64,000 nucleotides of DNA from Escherichia phage JS98: the sequence record NC_010105.1; one strand, 5' to 3'. Below are positions 26,464 through 39,390 of the stretch, one piece after another. The translations under genes and the position numbers were made by a program. The number at the start of each line of letters is the position of its first letter. The stretch's first letter is position 1. The notes beneath the pieces are model-generated. The model searched no databases. It was not told where the DNA came from and worked only from the letters and a program-made list of their open reading frames with translations.

Positions 26464-28719
26464 ATGATTAACAAATTGGAACTTAGTGAGTTACCATTTG
26501 TTGACGGCGTACCTGATGCTCCTCAAAAGCGTATCCAATGGATACGCGAGGGTGATTGTATGTCTGCAGCAAAAACAAAATACGGCAATGAAGGTAATTT
26601 GAACGCTGCTGCTTTAGGAGTTCAGAAAAACGTAGAAGCTCTTGATGCCAACGATTTAAAAACTGCTGATAAAGTTAATGAGCTTATAGAAAACGTTAAT
26701 AATATCAATGACGCTTTAGAAATGTCAACAGATATTTCTATCATTCAACAAATAGAGAAAAACCGTGTTGATATTGTAGACCTTAAAAAAGTCACCGAAG
26801 ATACAACAGAAAAATTAGACACCTTAACAACCAATTTTGATTTCTTGCGTGAAGATGTTGGATACCATGACCCTTTACAAGACGGCCCATATTTAACTGT
26901 ACGTGAAAATATTGTTCTTCTTAAAAATGAAATTGGTCACTATGAGGACCAGGATATAAACGGTAATCCTTTACCTCCGGGTGAAACTAGTGAAGCCACT
27001 GGTATAAAACGCCGCATCATGGATAATACCACTGAATTGGTGGACCACCGTCTTCGTATTGATACCCTTGAAAGAAACTATGAAGATTCTGATGTTGGGC
27101 AATTAGGTATTAAACTAAATGAAATTCGTGCCGAATTAGGACCACATTCTGATACGGTAGGTAAACAACCCGCTTACACCCGAATTTCAGTATTAGAAAC
27201 GGCTGCAGTTAATTTTAATACGGCTATTGACGAAATTAAGGATAATATTGATTTCTCTGGTATGCCTATAAAGGACCGAGTAACTACTTTAGAAAGCAAA
27301 ACCTTTACCTTAGAAAATTCAGTTAACGTTGATTTAAAACCTAGAGTAACTTCTATAGAAACTCAAATCGGTTCTGAGTCTGCACCAGCATCTATTAATG
27401 GACGTTTAAGTGGGCTTCGTACTGATGTAAATGATTTAAAAACCGTTGTTGGTAATAGTTCTAGTGAAGGGCTTCGTTTCCAGGTTTCCGATATTAATCG
27501 ACGCCTTGGTAGTGAAGTGTCTCCTGCAGCTGGCACTATTAATAAGCGTTTGAATGATGTTATTATTCAAGCAAACCAATCTACCTCATCCATCCAGGAT
27601 ATTCAGGTAGAAATTGGTAACAACCAATCCGGTATAAAAGGTACTTTGCTTAAGCTCACAAATAAGGTTGACGGAACGAACCCTAACGGAGCTACCGTAG
27701 AAGAACGTGGTCTTATTAATGCGGTTACTTCTTTAGAAACCCAGATGCAAGGTAAATTAGGTGACGCGCCTTCTGATGGTAAACTCTATGCACGTCGAAA
27801 TGCGGCATGGGCTGAAGTTGTTAATAATTCCACAGAAATAGAAACTGTTAAAGCCGATTTGGTTGTTACTAATGGTAAAGTGACCGCTTTAACTTCTAGA
27901 GTAGATGATAACGATACTTCTATTTCATCTCTTAATACTCGCACCACTGCTCTAAATACTTCGGTTGGTGAGATTAAAGCCGATATAGTTACTATAAAGG
28001 CCAAAGATGTTGAACAGGACGGTCGTTTAACTTCTTTGGAAGAGGCTGATGTTACTATTAACGGTAAAATTGCTGCTCTTGAAACTAAGACAGATACCAC
28101 TGATGATGATGTCACAGCACTGGCTTTAGACGTTTCTTCTTTAGAGAACCAATTGACTCCTATAAAAGCCGATATTACCAAAAACAAAGGTGATATTGTT
28201 GCCTTAACTGGTCGAGTGGCTTCTACTGAAGGTGAAATTACCGCAATTAAAGTTGATACAGCCAAAATTGCTCCTTTAACAACTAGAGTTACTACGGCAG
28301 AAGGTAAAATCACTACTTTAGAAACAGGGCTTGCCGCTGTTAAAGTCGAATCCGATAAAGTAGCAGGAATCAATACCCGCCTTGGCACTGCAGAAGGTGA
28401 CATCGGAACACTTAAAACAGGGTTGGCTGAAGTTAAGGGTGAATCCGATAAAGTAGCAGCTATAGATACCCGTTTGGGTGTTGTTGAAGGCGAAGTTGGT
28501 ACTCTTGAAACAGGTTTGGCTGCTGTTAAAGTTGAATCTGATAAAGTTGCTGACTTAGGAACCCGTTTAACCGCTGCCGAAGGTAAAATTACAGCCTTAG
28601 AAACAGAATTATCTAAACGTCCACCGGTGGCTCCTGCCGCAGACGGACTTCCGTATGTTCTGGTTGATAACGCATGGGTATTATTGTCTGATTTTGTGAC
28701 TTTAAACTCAGCACCATAA
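26464..28719 (+). CDS. wac: fibritin (whisker/neck fibre), enlarged
   Basis: Position between 12 and 13. Segmented coiled coil. C-terminal foldon-like GLPYVLVDNAWVLLSDFV. Confidence 0.88.
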   Translation: MINKLELSELPFVDGVPDAPQKRIQWIREGDCMSAAKTKYGNEGNLNAAALGVQKNVEALDANDLKTADKVNELIENVNNINDALEMSTDISIIQQIEKNRVDIVDLKKVTEDTTEKLDTLTTNFDFLREDVGYHDPLQDGPYLTVRENIVLLKNEIGHYEDQDINGNPLPPGETSEATGIKRRIMDNTTELVDHRLRIDTLERNYEDSDVGQLGIKLNEIRAELGPHSDTVGKQPAYTRISVLETAAVNFNTAIDEIKDNIDFSGMPIKDRVTTLESKTFTLENSVNVDLKPRVTSIETQIGSESAPASINGRLSGLRTDVNDLKTVVGNSSSEGLRFQVSDINRRLGSEVSPAAGTINKRLNDVIIQANQSTSSIQDIQVEIGNNQSGIKGTLLKLTNKVDGTNPNGATVEERGLINAVTSLETQMQGKLGDAPSDGKLYARRNAAWAEVVNNSTEIETVKADLVVTNGKVTALTSRVDDNDTSISSLNTRTTALNTSVGEIKADIVTIKAKDVEQDGRLTSLEEADVTINGKIAALETKTDTTDDDVTALALDVSSLENQLTPIKADITKNKGDIVALTGRVASTEGEITAIKVDTAKIAPLTTRVTTAEGKITTLETGLAAVKVESDKVAGINTRLGTAEGDIGTLKTGLAEVKGESDKVAAIDTRLGVVEGEVGTLETGLAAVKVESDKVADLGTRLTAAEGKITALETELSKRPPVAPAADGLPYVLVDNAWVLLSDFVTLNSAP
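28276..28620 (+). repeat. 3.7 tandem copies of a 93-bp (31-aa) unit inside wac
   Basis: Units start at 28276, 28369, 28462 and 28555. Peptide unit is xxTRLxxAEGxIxTLxTGLAxVKxESDKVAx. Confidence 0.85.
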
Positions 28720-28720
28720 T

Positions 28721-28742
28721 AAAAGGGCTTCGGCCCTTTTTT
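28721..28742 (+). terminator. rho-independent terminator after wac
   Basis: AAAAGGGC-TTCG-GCCCTTTTTT. Confidence 0.8.
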
Positions 28743-28744
28743 GC

Positions 28745-28752
28745 TATAAATA
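28745..28752 (+). promoter_or_regulatory. late promoter TATAAATA (gene 13)
   Basis: Exact octamer just after the wac terminator, 22 nt upstream of the ATG. Confidence 0.75.
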
Positions 28753-28773
28753 CGGTTATTAGAGGAATAAAAC

Positions 28774-29709
28774 ATGGCAAGTGAATCATATAACCCTAAG
28801 CAACTCAAGGACGCTATTCTGCGCCGCCTGGGTGCACCGATTACAAATATTGAAGTAACTACTGACCAAGTATATGATTGCATCCAGAGGGCTCTAGAGC
28901 TCTACGGCGAATACCATTATAACGGGTATAACAAAGGTTATCAGGCTTTTTATATCGGCCATGACGATGAAGAAAAATTCCGTAATGGCGTATTCGACCT
29001 TAAAGGACGTAATATATTTGCAGTAACACAAATTTTGAGAACTAATGTAGGTTCTTTAACATCTATGGACGGGCAAGCAACTTATCCATGGTTTACAGAT
29101 TTTGTACTAGGTTTGGCAGGTATTAATGGTGGTCTTGGGTCTTCATGTAACAGCTTTGGACCTAATGCCTTCGGCGCTGACCTTGGTTATTTTACACAAT
29201 TAATGCAATATCGTTCTATGATGCAGGACCTTTTGGTTCCACTGCCTGATTATTGGTATAATGATGCCACTGAACAATTGAAGGTAATGGGCAACTTTGT
29301 TAAAGGCGACTTTATTGTAATTGAAGTTTATACCCGTTCATTTAATGGCGTTGATTCCATGGTCGGGAATACAGCAGGATATGGATACGCTTCCGGTGGC
29401 TGTGACGAAAATGAATGGAGTCCTGGGGCTATTTGGGACAATCCTGCACGTCGAATTTCAGGAATGAGAGCTGGTGAGGACCTTGGACTACAAGATGGTG
29501 CGTATAATAACCGTTGGGTCAAAGATTACGCTACGGCATTAGTTAAAGAGGTCAATGGTAATATTTTAGCCAAACACCAAGGTATGCAATTAGCTGGCGG
29601 AACCACTGTAGATGGCATTCGATTGATTGAAGAAGCTCGTTTAGAAAAAGAACGTCTTCGCGAAGAATTAGATTTGCTCGACCCACCAACACCTATTTTA
29701 ATTGGATAA
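28774..29709 (+). CDS. 13: gp13 neck protein
   Basis: Synteny and size. Late promoter at 28745-28752. Confidence 0.88.
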   Translation: MASESYNPKQLKDAILRRLGAPITNIEVTTDQVYDCIQRALELYGEYHYNGYNKGYQAFYIGHDDEEKFRNGVFDLKGRNIFAVTQILRTNVGSLTSMDGQATYPWFTDFVLGLAGINGGLGSSCNSFGPNAFGADLGYFTQLMQYRSMMQDLLVPLPDYWYNDATEQLKVMGNFVKGDFIVIEVYTRSFNGVDSMVGNTAGYGYASGGCDENEWSPGAIWDNPARRISGMRAGEDLGLQDGAYNNRWVKDYATALVKEVNGNILAKHQGMQLAGGTTVDGIRLIEEARLEKERLREELDLLDPPTPILIG

Positions 29710-29711
29710 TT

Positions 29712-30485
29712 ATGGCTACTTTCGATTCGAGTTTATTTGCTAAGCTGGAAAATAACACCGGCTATGCTAACACGAACGAAACTGAAATAATGAACCCTTT
29801 CGTCAACTTTTATCGCCATGAGAACACTCAAACATTGGCTGATGCTTTAGTTGCTGAGTCTATTCAAATGCGTGGTATCGAGCTTTATTATATACCACGC
29901 GAATACGTTAATCCTGACCAGCTATTTGGCGAAGACCTTCAGAACAAATTTACTAAAGCCTGGAAGTTTGCGGGTTATTTGGATTCCTTTGAAGGTTATT
30001 CCGGTGACAATACTTATTTCAGTAAGTTCGGTATGATGGTTAATGATGAAGTAACAATCACAATTAACCCTAACCTTTTTAAACATCAATGCAACGGTAC
30101 TGAACCTGTTTCAGGTGATTTGATTTATTTCCCAATGGATAACAGCCTATTTGAAATTAACTGGGTTCAGCCTTATGACCCATTCTATCAAGTCGGTACA
30201 AACGTCCAGCGTCGCATTACTGCTACCAAGTTCATTTATAATGGTGAAGAACTTCGTCCTGAATTACAGAGAAATGAAGGCATTAATATTCCTGAATTCA
30301 GTGAGCTTGATTTAATGCCTGTTAAGAATATTGATGGGTTGGCTGATATCTCTGATATCCAATATGAAGAGGTTAATGAGATTAATGCTGAAGCGGCGGA
30401 ATTCGTACACCCTTATGTAGTGATTAACGGTAGAGGAGAAGATGCTCCTCCTACAGCATTTGATGATGCTTTTTTAGATGATTAA
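29712..30485 (+). CDS. 14: gp14 neck protein
   Basis: Synteny and size. Confidence 0.88.
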   Translation: MATFDSSLFAKLENNTGYANTNETEIMNPFVNFYRHENTQTLADALVAESIQMRGIELYYIPREYVNPDQLFGEDLQNKFTKAWKFAGYLDSFEGYSGDNTYFSKFGMMVNDEVTITINPNLFKHQCNGTEPVSGDLIYFPMDNSLFEINWVQPYDPFYQVGTNVQRRITATKFIYNGEELRPELQRNEGINIPEFSELDLMPVKNIDGLADISDIQYEEVNEINAEAAEFVHPYVVINGRGEDAPPTAFDDAFLDD

Positions 30486-30492
30486 ATAATAC

Positions 30493-30514
30493 ATGGCGCA
30501 TCCCGCGCCATTTT
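30493..30514 (+). terminator. rho-independent terminator after gene 14
   Basis: ATGGCGC-ATCCC-GCGCCAT, then TTT. Confidence 0.6.
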
Positions 30515-30524
30515 AGGAGGTTTG

Positions 30525-31387
30525 ATGTTTGGACATTGGTATAATAGTTCGCTACGTCGCTATATTGTTTTGATGGGTGATTTATTTTCCCATGTTCAAG
30601 TAGCACGTCAAAGAGAAGATACAGGGCTTAAATTTATTAAGGTTCCTATTACGTATGCTTCTAAAGAAAGATTTATGGCTAACTTAGGTAAATGGACGGC
30701 AGTACAGAATATCCCAAATCCTAATATGACGCCAAAAGAAAGGGCTGAACAAAAAGCTAAGGTGGAAACTGTTCTTCCACGTATGAACCTCCAAATGGTT
30801 GACATGCTTTATAACTCACAATACAAAACAGCTCTTCAAAATAGAACACAAATTCAATTTGAGAATGGGGACCCTCGTAAACGAGTCAGCCAATATTCTC
30901 CTACTCCAGTAAAAATGATTTTTGAACTGGGTATTTACACTAGAACTCAAGATGATATGTTCCAGATTGTGGAACAAATTATGCCGTATTTCCAACCTCA
31001 CTTTAATACAACAATTACCGAACTCTATACAAACGAAATTAAATTTGACCGTGATATTCGTATTGTGTTCCAATCTATAGCAATGGACGAACAATTAGAA
31101 GGCGATACCACTTCACGTCGTCGCTTAGAATGGTCTATGATGTTTGAGGTTAACGGATGGCTATATCCTCCTGTTAAAGAAATGGAAGGCGAAATCAAAA
31201 CCATTTATCTTGATTTCTTTGCCAACTCTAAAGAACTCGCTCCTGAAGGTAATTTTGAATCGGTTGATAGCGAAGTAGTTCCTAGAGGTGTAGAAGAAAA
31301 AGAATGGGACGGTAAGTCCATTCAAACGTATTCACAAGATATTCCGGTGCCTGTTGAACCAGAACCTCCAGCACCAAGGAGAAACCC

Positions 31388-31391
<4 letters not shown>
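30525..31391 (+). CDS. 15: gp15 tail sheath stabiliser / tail terminator
   Basis: [13 protein letters not shown]...VPITYASKE...[19 protein letters not shown] matches T4 gp15. The track start at 30522 is a TTG. Confidence 0.93.
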
Positions 31392-33701
<2,310 letters not shown>

Positions 33702-33730
33702 ACAATAAAGCATAACCAAGAGGATTCAAA

Positions 33731-35713
33731 ATGGCTTTATTATCACCGGGCATTGAGCTCAAAGAAACGTCCGTACAGAGTACTGTCGTTCGTAACGCAA
33801 CGGGTCGTGCAGCGCTGGTTGGTAAATTCCAGTGGGGCCCTGCTTTCCAGGTAACTCAGATTACCAATGAAGTTGAACTGGTTGATTTGTTTGGAGGTCC
33901 TAATAACGAAGTAGCAGATTACTTTATGTCTGGTATGAACTTCCTCCAGTATGGTAACGACCTTCGTACAGTTCGTGTCGTTAGTCGCGAATTTGCTAAA
34001 AACGCATCTCCTATCGCTGGTAATATTGAAACCACTATTACTACGGCTGGTTCCAACTATGCTGTAGGCGATAAAATTAATATTAAATATAACCAAACTG
34101 TAGTCGAATCTGAAGGTCGTGTGACTTCTGTAGATACAGACGGTAAAATTCTTTCTGTGTTTATTCCGTCAGCAAAAATTATTGCTTACGCACGTTCTTT
34201 AAACCAGTATCCTACCCTAGGCCCGGCTTGGACTGCTGAAGTTACTTCCGCCTCTTCGGGTGTTTCTGGTACTATTACCGTAGGTAAAATTGTTACGGAT
34301 TCCGGTATTCTTTTGACTGAAGCCGAGAATAGTGAAGAAGCTATTACTTCTCTTGAATTCCAAGCGGCCCTTAAGAAATTTGCTATGCCAGGCGTAGTGG
34401 CCCTTTATCCTGGTGAAATTGGTTCTACTCTGGAAGTAGAAATCGTTTCTAAAGCAGCTTATGAAGCTGGTTCTTCTAAAATGTTGGATGTTTATCCTGG
34501 TGGCGGTACCCGTGCTTCTATTGCCAAGGCAGTATTTAATTACGGACCTCAAACAGATGACCAATACGCAATTATCGTTCGTCGTGATGGCGCTATCGTA
34601 GAATCCGTCGTACTTTCTACCAAAGAAGGTGAAAAAGACGTTTACGGTAATAACATTTATCTTGACGACTATTTCGCTAAAGGTACTTCTAATTACATCT
34701 ATGCGACCTCGTTAAACTGGCCGAAAGGATTTAGTGGTATCATTAATCTGTCTGGTGGTATTTCCGCCAACGATAAAGTTACTGCAGGCGATTTGATGCA
34801 GGGTTGGGATTTGTTTGCCGACCGTGAAGCACTCCATATTAACCTGCTTATTGCTGGTGCTGTTGCTGGTGAAGGCGATGAAGTGGCTTCTACTGTTCAG
34901 AAACACGTTGTGAGTATTGCTGATGAACGTCAGGATTGCTTAGCATTTATTTCTCCTCCTAAAGGTCTGTTGGTTAACGTTCCACTGACTCGTGCAGTAG
35001 ATAACCTTATCGACTGGCGTACCGGTGCCGGTACTTTCGATGCCAACAACATGAACATCAGTACCACTTATGCCGCTATTGATGGTAATTATAAATATCA
35101 ATACGACAAATATAACGACGTAAACCGTTGGGTACCACTGGCTGCCGATTTGGCTGGTTTGTGTGCACGTACTGATGATGTGTCTCAACCTTGGATGTCT
35201 CCTGCCGGTTATAACCGTGGTCAGATTCTTAACGTTCTGAAATTGGCAATTGAACCACGTCAAGCACAACGTGACCGCATGTACCAGGAAGCTATTAACC
35301 CGGTTGTTGGTTTTGCTGGTGGTGATGGTTTCGTATTGTTTGGTGATAAGACTGCAACTAAAGTTCCATCTCCGATGGACCACATTAACGTTCGCCGTCT
35401 GTTCAACATGCTTAAGAAAAATATCGGTGATGCCTCTAAATATAAACTGTTTGAATTGAACGATAACTTCACTCGTTCAAGCTTCCGTATGGAAGTTTCT
35501 CAGTACTTAGATGGTATTAAGGCACTTGGTGGGATTTATGAAGGACGTGTGGTTTGTGATACTACAGTGAACACCCCTGCGGTTATCGACCGTAATGAGT
35601 TTATTGCTAATATCTATGTTAAACCTGCTCGTTCTATTAACTACATCACGTTGAACTTCGTTGCAACGAGCACTGGTGCTGATTTTGATGAATTGATTGG
35701 ACCTTTAGTATAA
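33731..35713 (+). CDS. 18: gp18 contractile tail sheath
   Basis: Synteny and size (660 aa). TATAAATA at 33694-33701. Confidence 0.93.
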   Translation: MALLSPGIELKETSVQSTVVRNATGRAALVGKFQWGPAFQVTQITNEVELVDLFGGPNNEVADYFMSGMNFLQYGNDLRTVRVVSREFAKNASPIAGNIETTITTAGSNYAVGDKINIKYNQTVVESEGRVTSVDTDGKILSVFIPSAKIIAYARSLNQYPTLGPAWTAEVTSASSGVSGTITVGKIVTDSGILLTEAENSEEAITSLEFQAALKKFAMPGVVALYPGEIGSTLEVEIVSKAAYEAGSSKMLDVYPGGGTRASIAKAVFNYGPQTDDQYAIIVRRDGAIVESVVLSTKEGEKDVYGNNIYLDDYFAKGTSNYIYATSLNWPKGFSGIINLSGGISANDKVTAGDLMQGWDLFADREALHINLLIAGAVAGEGDEVASTVQKHVVSIADERQDCLAFISPPKGLLVNVPLTRAVDNLIDWRTGAGTFDANNMNISTTYAAIDGNYKYQYDKYNDVNRWVPLAADLAGLCARTDDVSQPWMSPAGYNRGQILNVLKLAIEPRQAQRDRMYQEAINPVVGFAGGDGFVLFGDKTATKVPSPMDHINVRRLFNMLKKNIGDASKYKLFELNDNFTRSSFRMEVSQYLDGIKALGGIYEGRVVCDTTVNTPAVIDRNEFIANIYVKPARSINYITLNFVATSTGADFDELIGPLV

Positions 35714-35751
35714 TCTATTATCCCAGGCTGTAATATAAAGAACCTAAAACC

Positions 35752-35777
35752 ATTATACCATGTGTTTGGTTACAGCG
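35752..35777 (-). promoter_or_regulatory. MotA-box-like middle-type promoter pointing antisense into gene 18
   Basis: Minus strand CGCTGTA-13 nt-TATAAT, followed by GGTTTTAGG. Confidence 0.4.
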
Positions 35778-35838
35778 TACATCACGTAGAATTGCGCCTG
35801 GGAGTGATTAACTATCAGGAATATGATTTATCAACTGT

Positions 35839-35846
35839 TATAAATA
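35839..35846 (+). promoter_or_regulatory. late promoter TATAAATA (gene 19)
   Basis: Exact octamer in the 18-19 spacer. Confidence 0.7.
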
Positions 35847-35859
35847 AATTAATCAGAAC

Positions 35860-35880
35860 GTTCCTGGTGTGGCCAGGAAC
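35860..35880 (+). promoter_or_regulatory. 5'-UTR hairpin of gene 19 mRNA
   Basis: Perfect 8-bp stem GTTCCTGG/CCAGGAAC with a 5-nt loop, between the late promoter and the SD. Confidence 0.5.
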
Positions 35881-35898
35881 TGACTTATGAGGCATCCC

Positions 35899-36390
35899 AT
35901 GGAGTTGACAGATATCACTCGTGCGTTTGAGTCAGGTGACTTTGCACGCCCTAACCTTTTCGAAGTGGAAATTCCATTTCTTGGTAAAAACTTTAGCTTT
36001 AAATGTAAAGCAGCACCTATGCCGGCAGGCATTGTAGAAAAAGTACCGGTTGGCTACATGAACCGTAAAATTAACGTAGCTGGCGACCGTACGTTTGATG
36101 ATTGGACCATTACCATTTATAACGATGATGCCCATGACACCCGTCAGGCAATTGTTGATTGGCAAAACCTCTGCCATGGTATGACCAATGAAATTACAGG
36201 TGCAGCACCTGCAGAATATAAGAAACAAGCAGTTGTTCGTCAGTTCCATCGTGACGGTAAGACTGTGACTAAAGAAGTTACAATTTATGGCTTATGGCCT
36301 ACTAACGTTGGTGAAGTCCAGATGGATTGGGATTCAAACAACGAGGTAGAAACTTTCGAATCTACGTTCGCTATCGATTGGTGGGAATGA
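35899..36390 (+). CDS. 19: gp19 tail tube
   Basis: ITRAFESGDFARPNLFEVEI...GLWPTNVGE.Q.DWDSNNE matches T4 gp19. Start set to the second ATG (GAGG SD), giving 163 aa. Confidence 0.95.
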   Translation: MELTDITRAFESGDFARPNLFEVEIPFLGKNFSFKCKAAPMPAGIVEKVPVGYMNRKINVAGDRTFDDWTITIYNDDAHDTRQAIVDWQNLCHGMTNEITGAAPAEYKKQAVVRQFHRDGKTVTKEVTIYGLWPTNVGEVQMDWDSNNEVETFESTFAIDWWE

Positions 36391-36391
36391 G

Positions 36392-36399
36392 TATAAATA
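36392..36399 (+). promoter_or_regulatory. late promoter TATAAATA (gene 20)
   Basis: Exact octamer 2 nt after the gene 19 stop. Confidence 0.7.
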
Positions 36400-36407
36400 G
36401 AATTATA

Positions 36408-36425
36408 AAGGAGCTTCGGCTCCTT
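36408..36425 (+). terminator. hairpin between 19 and 20 (terminator or 5'-UTR structure)
   Basis: AAGGAGC-TTCG-GCTCCTT with no clear U-tract. Lies downstream of the gene 20 late promoter. Confidence 0.4.
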
Positions 36426-36447
36426 ATCCCATTCATCGGAGACTCTA

Positions 36448-38022
36448 ATGGCAAACTTTAATACAATATTAAGTTTTCTTAAGCCATGGGCTAATGAAGA
36501 CGAAAAAGAATATAAACAACAAATTAATAACAATTTAGAGTCTGTCACTGCACCTAAGCTTGATGATGGCGCTCGCGAAATTGAAACCCAAGAGCAAAAT
36601 ATTCCTTATAACGCTCTTATGCAACAAATGTTTGGTAGTAATGAGCCTGAAGTTAAAAACACCAGGGAACTCATTGATACCTACCGTAATTTGATGAACA
36701 ACTATGAAGTCGATAACGCAGTTCAAGAAATTGTGTCTGACGCTATTGTCTACGAGGATGATAAAGAAGTAGTTGCATTAAATTTAGACGGGACAGATTT
36801 CAGTCAATCAATTAAAGATAAAATTTTGGCTGAATTTAGTGAAGTTTTGAATCTTTTAAATTTCCAACGTAAAGGCACTGACCATTTCCAACGTTGGTAT
36901 GTAGACTCGAGAATATTCTTTCATAAAATTATAAACCCTAAAAAAATGAAAGATGGCGTACAAGAGCTTCGACGCTTAGACCCGCGCCAAGTCCAATATA
37001 TTCGTGAAATTGTTACACGTATGGAAGATGGTGTTAAAATTGTAGATGGGTACCGCGAGTTTTTCGTTTACGATACTGGTCATGAAAGTTATTGTGCTGA
37101 TGGACGCATTTATTCAGCCGGGACTAAAGTTAAAATTCCTCGTGCTGCTGTAGTTTATGCACATTCTGGATTATTAGATTGTTGTGGTAAAAACATCATT
37201 GGCTATTTGCAACGTGCTATTAAGCCTGCAAACCAGCTTAAATTGATGGAAGACGCAATGGTCATCTACCGTATTACACGTGCTCCTGACCGTCGTGTGT
37301 TTTATATCGATACAGGTAATATGCCTTCACGTAAGGCTGCAGCACAAATGCAACATATCATGAACACGATGAAAAACCGTGTGGTATATGATGCTTCGAC
37401 CGGTAAAATTAAAAACCAGCAACATAATATGTCAATGACTGAAGACTATTGGTTGCAACGTCGAGACGGTAAAGCGGTAACAGAAGTTGATACCATGCCT
37501 GGCGCCACAGGTATGAGTGATATGGATGACGTTCTTTATTTCCGCACAGCACTTTATCGTGCACTGCGTATTCCAGAGTCACGTATCCCTAGTGAATCTA
37601 ATTCAGGCGTTATGTTTGATGCCGGTACAGCAATCACTCGTGATGAGTTGAAATTTGCTAAATGGATTCGACAGCTCCAAAATAAATTTGAAGAAATTTT
37701 CTTAGACCCATTAAAAACAAACCTCATTCTTAAAAAGATTATTACAGAAGATGAGTGGGAAAGAGAAATAAATAATATTAAAGTTACGTTCAACCGTGAT
37801 AGCTATTTCAGTGAAATGAAAGATGCGGAAATCATGGAACGCAGAATCAATATGCTAACGATGGCTGAACCATTTATTGGTAAGTATATTTCACATCAAA
37901 CGGCTATGAAAGATTTCCTTCAGATGACTGACGAAGAAATTAATCAAGAAGCTAAGCAAATTGAAGAAGAGTCTAAAGAGGCTCGTTTCCAAAACCCAGA
38001 TGAAGAAGAAGAGGATTTCTAA
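36448..38022 (+). CDS. 20: gp20 portal protein
   Basis: Synteny and size (524 aa). Late promoter at 36392-36399. Confidence 0.93.
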   Translation: MANFNTILSFLKPWANEDEKEYKQQINNNLESVTAPKLDDGAREIETQEQNIPYNALMQQMFGSNEPEVKNTRELIDTYRNLMNNYEVDNAVQEIVSDAIVYEDDKEVVALNLDGTDFSQSIKDKILAEFSEVLNLLNFQRKGTDHFQRWYVDSRIFFHKIINPKKMKDGVQELRRLDPRQVQYIREIVTRMEDGVKIVDGYREFFVYDTGHESYCADGRIYSAGTKVKIPRAAVVYAHSGLLDCCGKNIIGYLQRAIKPANQLKLMEDAMVIYRITRAPDRRVFYIDTGNMPSRKAAAQMQHIMNTMKNRVVYDASTGKIKNQQHNMSMTEDYWLQRRDGKAVTEVDTMPGATGMSDMDDVLYFRTALYRALRIPESRIPSESNSGVMFDAGTAITRDELKFAKWIRQLQNKFEEIFLDPLKTNLILKKIITEDEWEREINNIKVTFNRDSYFSEMKDAEIMERRINMLTMAEPFIGKYISHQTAMKDFLQMTDEEINQEAKQIEEESKEARFQNPDEEEEDF

Positions 38023-38297
38023 TGGAAGATTTAATCGAAGCTATTAAATCAAACGACCTCGTAGCAGTTCGTAAAGCAGCAGGCCCGCTTATCGAATCTC
38101 GAGTAGCCGCTTTGATTGAAGCCCGTAAAGCAGAAATTGCTCGCTCCGTTATGATTGAAGGCGAAGAAGCCGATAAAGATGACGAAGACGAAGATAAAGA
38201 CGAAAAATCCGATAAAGCAGATAAGAAAGACAAAAAAGAATCTGACGATGCGGATGAAGGTGATGACGACGATGAAGACGACGAGGACGACGAATAA
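38022..38297 (+). CDS. 67: gp67 prohead core protein with poly-acidic tail
   Basis: Position after 20. C-terminal run [17 protein letters not shown]. Confidence 0.8.
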   Translation: MEDLIEAIKSNDLVAVRKAAGPLIESRVAALIEARKAEIARSVMIEGEEADKDDEDEDKDEKSDKADKKDKKESDDADEGDDDDEDDEDDE

Positions 38298-38725
38298 TGT
38301 TCCTTATCCCTGATGATTACGAATTAACTCTAGAAAGCGTAGAGGCCAAAATTCCAGAAGCACAGGGACGTTTTGCTACTCTTTCTGAAGCCCTCGAGAA
38401 AAGCGATATAAATAATCTTGTAGAGAACATGATTGCTGATGGTGATATCGATACAGCTATCGCCATTGCCTCTTTAAATGAAAATATGGCTCTTAACGAA
38501 TTTATCGTTAAGCATGTCTCTTCTAAAGGTGAGCTTACTCGTACTAAAGATATTAAAACCCGTCAACGCAACGCTTATCAAACGACTGGGTTGTCTAAAG
38601 CAAAACGCCGTCAGATTGCTCGCAAAGCGTCTAAAACCAAACGTGCTAACCCGTCTACTCAAGTACGTGCTGAACGTAAGCGTAAGAAAGCTCGTTCTAA
38701 ACGTAAAGCCTTTGGACTTAACTAA
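38297..38725 (+). CDS. 68: gp68 prohead core protein
   Basis: Synteny and size. Basic C-terminus. Confidence 0.8.
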   Translation: MFLIPDDYELTLESVEAKIPEAQGRFATLSEALEKSDINNLVENMIADGDIDTAIAIASLNENMALNEFIVKHVSSKGELTRTKDIKTRQRNAYQTTGLSKAKRRQIARKASKTKRANPSTQVRAERKRKKARSKRKAFGLN

Positions 38726-39360
38726 TGAAACCTGAATTGCTCATCGAACATTGGGGACAACCAGGTGAAATTATCGATGGGGTTCCGATGTTGGAATCTC
38801 ATGATGGAAAAGATTCTGGACTTGCCCCGGGCCTTTATATAGAAGGCATATTCATGCAAGCCGAAGTGGTTAACCGTAATAAACGCCTTTATCCAAAACC
38901 TATTTTGGAAAAAGCTGTTGCTGATTATATGGCAGAACAGGTTGCTACTAAACAAGCTTTAGGAGAATTAAATCATCCGCCTCGTGCTAACGTCGACCCT
39001 ATGCAAGCCGCTATTATTATTGAAGATATGTGGTGGAAAGGTAATGACGTTTATGGACGTGCTCGTATTATTGAAGGCGACCATGGTCCTGGTGATAAAC
39101 TAGCTGCTAATATTAGAGCCGGTTGGGTGCCTGGTGTTAGTTCTCGTGGTCTAGGTTCTTTAACCGAAACCAATAAAGGATATAAGCGTGTAAACGAAGG
39201 TTATAAATTAACCGTCGGTGTTGATGCAGTATGGGGTCCATCTGCTCCTGATGCTTATGTAACTCCTAAACAAATTACAGAATCACAAACGGTAGATACC
39301 GATACCAGTGCCGATGACGCCTTTATGGCTCTCGCAGAGGCCATGAAAAAAGCGTTATAA
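38725..39360 (+). CDS. 21: gp21 prohead core protease
   Basis: Synteny and size (211 aa). Confidence 0.9.
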   Translation: MKPELLIEHWGQPGEIIDGVPMLESHDGKDSGLAPGLYIEGIFMQAEVVNRNKRLYPKPILEKAVADYMAEQVATKQALGELNHPPRANVDPMQAAIIIEDMWWKGNDVYGRARIIEGDHGPGDKLAANIRAGWVPGVSSRGLGSLTETNKGYKRVNEGYKLTVGVDAVWGPSAPDAYVTPKQITESQTVDTDTSADDAFMALAEAMKKAL

Positions 39361-39363
39361 ATA
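39356..39363 (+). promoter_or_regulatory. late promoter TATAAATA (gene 22)
   Basis: Exact octamer overlapping the gene 21 stop. Confidence 0.7.
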
Positions 39364-39390
39364 TTATTATCTAAACAACAGGACTACAAA

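Noticed and set aside
28276-28620. Regularly spaced direct repeats, considered as a CRISPR array or non-coding satellite
   Set aside because: The repeats are contiguous 93-bp units with no spacers. They are in frame and encode coiled-coil heptads within wac.
27786-28883. 365-aa minus-strand ORF, the longest 'extra' ORF in the window
   Set aside because: It lies entirely antisense to wac and the start of gene 13. Its Ser/Ala/Thr/Val-rich, repetitive translation is the mirror of the fibritin coiled-coil repeats. It has no SD or promoter and is an artefact of codon-biased repetitive sequence.
38160-38297. GAT/GAA/GAC-rich stretch, considered as a microsatellite
   Set aside because: It is the in-frame poly-Asp/Glu tail of gp67. 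The codons are mixed rather than a pure nucleotide repeat.
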